Source of the DNA: Thermodesulfobacteriota bacterium
GTDB lineage: Bacteria > Desulfobacterota > Desulfobacteria > Desulfobacterales > C00003060
Reading direction: 5' to 3'
NCBI GenBank assembly: GCA_034189385.1
Contig: JAXHVD010000022.1
Span: forward strand, 1-64,000
Length of the DNA: 64,000 nucleotides
The stretch's first letter is position 1, and each line of letters opens with the position of its first letter. The notes under the pieces are model-generated. The model was not told where the DNA came from, did not search any database, and saw only the letters and a program-made list of their open reading frames with translations. The position numbers and the translations under genes are program-made. Positions 59,780-64,000 of this stretch are shown in pieces.

Positions 59780-61256
59780 TCAACTTACCACCTTTCAGAG
59801 AAAATATCTTGGCCGTGTGTTGATATTTGTGGCTCTGGTCCGTCTGGTTACACTGGGTGCCTACCCCTTGGCAGACACCACTGAAGCACGATACGCTGAA
59901 ATCGCCCGGGAGATGGTTGCAACGGGCAACTGGATCACCCCGCAAGTAGATGGCGGTGTGCCCTTTTGGGGGAAGCCCCCCCTGTCCATCTGGGCCGCCA
60001 CCGCTTCTTTCAAAGCCTTTGGCATCAACGAATTCGGTGCCCGTTTCCCCAGCTTTGTTTTCGCGTTGATCGTGGCTTGGCTATGTTATCTCATGGCAGA
60101 GAGACAGTATGGACACGAGCAGGGGTTACTTGCCGTTATGCTGCTTTCAACGCAGGCCATTTTTTTTGTGGTGGCTGGTTGCGTGATGACGGACCCTGCC
60201 CTTGTTCTTGGTACGACGCTGTCAATGGTCGGCTTTTGGCGGGGGCTGACCGAAACGGGGTTCGTCGGCCGTATGTGGGGTTACCTGTTCTTTGCAGGGA
60301 TTGCCATCGGCTTGCTGGCTAAGGGCCCTGTCGCAGTCGTCCTTAGCCTCTTCCCCGTTGGTGTTTGGGTGGTGTGGAGGAATAGATGGGATAGCGTATG
60401 GAAAGGTCTTCCTTGGATAAGTGGATCACTGCTGGCTATTGCCATCAGTCTGCCCTGGTACCTGTTGGCAGAGGCAAGAACGCCGGGATTTCTGGAATAT
60501 TTTCTGGTCGGAGAACACTGGAAACGATTTGTGGAAAGCGGTTGGACTGGGGATCTTTATGGGAACGCCCATTCACAGCCCCGTGGCACGATTTGGTTGT
60601 ACTGGCTGTTGGCAGCTTTTCCGTGGTCCTTTGTGTTTGTCACGAGGCTGCTACGATTGGCACGGCATGGAGGGACATCAAATGGCATGTCATTCACTGA
60701 CGATCGGTCGGTTTACCTTCTTCTCTGGACGCTTACACCGATGATTTTTTTCACATTTGCCGGAAACATACTGTGGACCTACGTGTTGCCGGGGTTGCCG
60801 GCCTTTGCACTGTTGATGGCCGGGATGGTCCCTTCAGCCGTGGATGTGCGAATGGGGAAGGCTCTTGAATCAAAAGGGGGCGGCGCTATCATCCCTCTAG
60901 CGGGATGGACGACGCCATTGGTCTTTGTTCTTGTGCTTTCATTGTCGGCTCTTGGTCTTATTTCAACAAAGAAGTGTCACAATCATCTCGTATCTCGATA
61001 TGAATGTGCACGGACAGAGAAAGCGAGTCAGCTCATTTATCTATTCAAAAGGCCTTATTCGGCACAATTTTACACTGGTGGTTTGGCCAAGAGGGTCACG
61101 ACCTTGAGTGAGGCCGAGACGTTTCTAGACAATAAGACCCAAGACTTTTTTGCTGTGAAAAAGAGTCGGTTCCATAAACTGCCCGTTACCTTTCGCTTCA
61201 GACTAGAGAATTTAGGCGAATACGCTGGTTACTTGCTCTTACGTGAGCGCGTGTAG
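59766..61256 (+). CDS. ArnT-like GT-C glycosyltransferase
   Basis: TTEARYAEIAREM..GNWITP, KPPL, EFGARFPS, LAKGP, PWY, YVLP; multi-TM. Confidence 0.9.
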   Translation: MWFHSQLTTFQRKYLGRVLIFVALVRLVTLGAYPLADTTEARYAEIAREMVATGNWITPQVDGGVPFWGKPPLSIWAATASFKAFGINEFGARFPSFVFALIVAWLCYLMAERQYGHEQGLLAVMLLSTQAIFFVVAGCVMTDPALVLGTTLSMVGFWRGLTETGFVGRMWGYLFFAGIAIGLLAKGPVAVVLSLFPVGVWVVWRNRWDSVWKGLPWISGSLLAIAISLPWYLLAEARTPGFLEYFLVGEHWKRFVESGWTGDLYGNAHSQPRGTIWLYWLLAAFPWSFVFVTRLLRLARHGGTSNGMSFTDDRSVYLLLWTLTPMIFFTFAGNILWTYVLPGLPAFALLMAGMVPSAVDVRMGKALESKGGGAIIPLAGWTTPLVFVLVLSLSALGLISTKKCHNHLVSRYECARTEKASQLIYLFKRPYSAQFYTGGLAKRVTTLSEAETFLDNKTQDFFAVKKSRFHKLPVTFRFRLENLGEYAGYLLLRERV

Positions 61257-61378
61257 TGTCAAGGTAGAGGGAATATCAGACTTGCAGCTTTTTGAGGAGG
61301 CCAACCGAGTTTTGAGCAGTGGTCATGATAAGCGCTTTTTTGCCTTCATTCATACATCTGGAAACCATCGACCGCTAG
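61257..61378 (+). pseudogene. Internal fragment of an LTA synthase / sulfatase-like gene
   Basis: GISDLQLFEEANRVL...FFAFIHTSGNHRP resembles the LtaS-family catalytic-domain segment. Confidence 0.6.
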
Positions 61379-61427
61379 GCAGCCTCGGCATGATCGCCCT
61401 CGGCACCCTGGGATCCACACCCATGTT

Positions 61428-62093
61428 TCATTTCCATAGATCCTCGTAGAAATAGGTAAGACCTGCAAGGCCTCCGAATGCATTGAGCCCATCATTTCTG
61501 TTCGCAATACCTGCATTGGATATATGTTGAAATTGGGCTTCGGCATCGAAAGACCATTTCTCGTTGATCAGGTAATGACAACCCAAACTGCCCTCCAACG
61601 TGAATTCAATGGCCTGTCCGATGACCGCCTGGGAATGATCCTTATAGGCATCGGTGTATACGATGCCTGCCCCCGCTTGGATATAGGGGACAAGCTTCCA
61701 GCCCGGCTGAACCAGGTTGTACCGTCCGAGGGCTGCCAGACCTCCAATATAGTTGCCAGGGCCTTTATAGATGATTGAGTTGGTAAGTTCCAATATGACC
61801 TCAAGGTTCCCTCTTAGGAGCGACCGTGAGTCGTCTGGGGAGTTCAACATGCGGCTGATGCGTAAGTCTGTCCTTGCATAGTCGAATGCAGGGTAGTGTT
61901 GGTCGGCAAGCAAAGTAGGAGAAAATAAGGCCCCTGAGACAAGTTGAACAGTTACGCGGCCTTTAGTGAACAACTTCGATTGCGGCGGCGTGTTTGGTTC
62001 ATCGTTCGACTCTTTGTCGGCGATGGCCAAAGAGGGCAGAATCACAAGGGCTATGATAGAAAAGAGGAGAAGGGCTTTGGCTGGTGGGTTCAT
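61428..62093 (-). CDS. Acyloxyacyl hydrolase / PagL-like lipid A deacylase
   Basis: Signal peptide, beta-barrel pattern, HISNAG...N.GLN catalytic motif. Confidence 0.85.
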   Translation of the reverse strand: MNPPAKALLLFSIIALVILPSLAIADKESNDEPNTPPQSKLFTKGRVTVQLVSGALFSPTLLADQHYPAFDYARTDLRISRMLNSPDDSRSLLRGNLEVILELTNSIIYKGPGNYIGGLAALGRYNLVQPGWKLVPYIQAGAGIVYTDAYKDHSQAVIGQAIEFTLEGSLGCHYLINEKWSFDAEAQFQHISNAGIANRNDGLNAFGGLAGLTYFYEDLWK

Positions 62094-62197
62094 TTGAGCT
62101 CCTCCATAAACTGCCTACAGAAAAAACAAAGAGGTACCGGAGACATGGTTCAGACAGGTCTTCATTCGAGCATTGCCAGATGCTATGCCTCTTCCCC

Positions 62198-62313
62198 AGC
62201 GTTGCAAAAGTCGAGGATGCTCCAGGTCCAAGGCGACCAAGGGTGAGGCTGTACTAAGGTACGCCGAATCCTTGGCAACGCAGGAGATGGGGTGTACTCG
62301 GCTTTCCGAAAGG
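62198..62313. repeat. Intergenic palindromic MITE/REP-like element
   Basis: Nested hairpins (CCAAGGGT..GTAC-TAAG-GTAC..ATCCTTGG), imperfect inverted ends; single copy here. Confidence 0.45.
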
Positions 62314-62436
62314 GTAAGAAATATGGCTGTTTTTTACCTGCCTGCTGGACATCACCAATAGTTGATTCCTCGGTGCCGCTCGTAACAACCGCATACGTAG
62401 GCCATTGCTGTTTTTGAAGATTCTGTGCCATATTTC

Positions 62437-63966
62437 TTATGCAACATTGGGGTCTTCTCTGGTGAAATAGTCGGAGATAACACCCATGAAGGGATTATAT
62501 TTTATGGCATAGTGACGCATCCCCTTTCTTACAAAATGATGGGATATTTCTTTGTCCTCGTCCATGAGGTGAGGCTCTCGCTTTTCCCATTGTTCTGCAT
62601 TCAACGACAACATCTCATCTACTTTTTTCTTGTAGAACTCTGCCACAGGAAGATCTGAATAGGCGTTCACAAACCAAGGCATAGCGCTTCCCACCTTTTT
62701 CAGAAAAAGATTATGCTTCTCTCCAAAGTCAAGGCAAGAACTTTCTGTGAAGTTTTCCATTTGCTCCATTTTTTCGTAATCAATGTGACTGAATTTGGCG
62801 CTTAGTTCATTGGCCTTGGTCCCGGGGAAAGGGAAAAAGAACGACCAGCGATAACGGCCAGGTTTGGCTTGTGCCATGAGTCCAATTGTAGCCATGACAT
62901 CCTCATAGGTCTCGCCAGGAAGCCCGATCATCAGAAAGACGGAGGTATGCAGGCCAAAGGCATGGGCAGTCTCTATGGATTTCACAATCTTCTCGTTTGT
63001 CATGTGGCGGTTTAGAATCTGGCGACGAATTCTAGCACTGCCGCTTTCTACCCCGAACTTGACAATCTTACAATTGGCTTGAGACAGTGCCCGTGCACGT
63101 TCCGTGTCAAAAAAACCCACATGAGCGTTTACCACAAAAGGGATGGAACAGAGTTGTCTATAGGCCTGACAAAAGGCTGATACGTACGGTCGATAAAAAG
63201 TGAAAAGGTCGTCATCAAAGATAAACATCTTGATATTCTTATAATGGGCAAGAAGATACTCAATTTCAGCAATCATCTGTTGAACGTCGAAATGTCTTAT
63301 ATAGTTGAGTTCCTTAAAGCTACACTGCAAATCTCTACGATAATGCTTTACCATCTGGTGGTTGAAGCAGTAAGTGCAGGAAAAGGGACATCCCCGCGAG
63401 CCCATCAAGCCAACCCAACCATTTTTGGCATCAATGATTTTCTGAAAGTCGAAAATATCATAGTCCTTGGGAGGTAACTCTTTAAGTTCTGGTAGGGGGC
63501 GCACCGGATTAATGCAAATCTTGCCGTTTTGGACATATCCCAGATTTCGCACCTGTGCCACATCTTCTTGTCTGGAGAGTTTTTCTACAAATTCCAGGAA
63601 GGCCTCCTCTGCCTCTCCTCGAATAATATAGTCAAATGCCCTTGTTTGAAGAATCTCTTCTGGCGCCGCCAAGGTATGAATGCCCCCACATACCAAGGGG
63701 GCAGAAGTGGCTTCACGGGCCCACTCAGCAAGCTGTCGGGCATAAGTCCATTGATTCGTCACCACAGAAAAGCCCACCACGTCCGGAGCGATTTCCTTTA
63801 TTCGGGCGATGAATTCTGCCTTGGAAGGCAGTGCTGCTAGGTCTTCACATAGTTGCCACAAATCCACCGCGTGCCCGGCTTTTTTGAGCACCGCAGACAT
63901 ATGGGCAATGCCGTAGGCAAATCCTAGCTGCGAGTTAGCGTTAGGATAGATGAAAAGGATTTTCAT
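62437..63966 (-). CDS. B12-binding domain radical SAM protein
   Basis: GGIH, GEAE, SRGCPFSCTYC, FDDDLF, GVESGS, MIGLPGET. Confidence 0.93.
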   Translation of the reverse strand: MKILFIYPNANSQLGFAYGIAHMSAVLKKAGHAVDLWQLCEDLAALPSKAEFIARIKEIAPDVVGFSVVTNQWTYARQLAEWAREATSAPLVCGGIHTLAAPEEILQTRAFDYIIRGEAEEAFLEFVEKLSRQEDVAQVRNLGYVQNGKICINPVRPLPELKELPPKDYDIFDFQKIIDAKNGWVGLMGSRGCPFSCTYCFNHQMVKHYRRDLQCSFKELNYIRHFDVQQMIAEIEYLLAHYKNIKMFIFDDDLFTFYRPYVSAFCQAYRQLCSIPFVVNAHVGFFDTERARALSQANCKIVKFGVESGSARIRRQILNRHMTNEKIVKSIETAHAFGLHTSVFLMIGLPGETYEDVMATIGLMAQAKPGRYRWSFFFPFPGTKANELSAKFSHIDYEKMEQMENFTESSCLDFGEKHNLFLKKVGSAMPWFVNAYSDLPVAEFYKKKVDEMLSLNAEQWEKREPHLMDEDKEISHHFVRKGMRHYAIKYNPFMGVISDYFTREDPNVA

Positions 63967-64000
63967 GTGTTATATGGCACCTTGCGTCTAACCCCTTGCT

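Overview
64-kb window of a diderm bacterial chromosome, most consistent with a sulfate-reducing Desulfobacterota (Desulfovibrio-type metal-binding Adk, LpxI, PxxKW protein, selenocysteine signatures). 1-7094 is the right-hand end of an integrative element inserted in tRNA-Sec (selC 3' fragment at 7070-7094). It carries DUF2958 and small accessory ORFs, a putative regulator, a three-way-junction structured leader RNA, a stand-alone 480-aa family-A/T7-like polymerase with an internal AT-rich patch, and a tyrosine integrase. 7203-16205 is a minus-strand housekeeping run (rpe, PASTA protein, rsmB, fmt, nfi, NUDIX, flippase-like protein, ribF). It includes a DUF1573 gene split by an in-frame UGA followed by a SECIS-like hairpin, a probable selenoprotein. 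tRNA-Leu(CAG) at 16297-16383 hosts a 1.2-kb integrase-less AT-rich mini-island carrying YopX and a tRNA with a CCC (Gly) anticodon on an Arg-like body. Next come a lipoprotein serpin, adk, rplM-rpsI-infA, argC, truA, a ClC channel, an aminotransferase, pilC and lysS. The outer-membrane/LPS superoperon follows (lolC/E-lolD-bamA-skp-lpxD-fabZ-lpxA-lpxI-lpxB-DUF374-msbA-lptFG-waaA-lpxK-GT9-Trm112-kinase-PEMT-RR-HK). Its distal part has been tandemly duplicated and selectively eroded, leaving waaA2/kinase2/RR2 and a GT2-ArnT cassette each behind a conserved regulator box, followed by a PagL-like gene and a B12 radical SAM gene. Three copies of a MITE family with 8-bp target duplications, plus other small repeats, occupy intergenic spaces. 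All calls are by eye from sequence motifs; no database searches were run.
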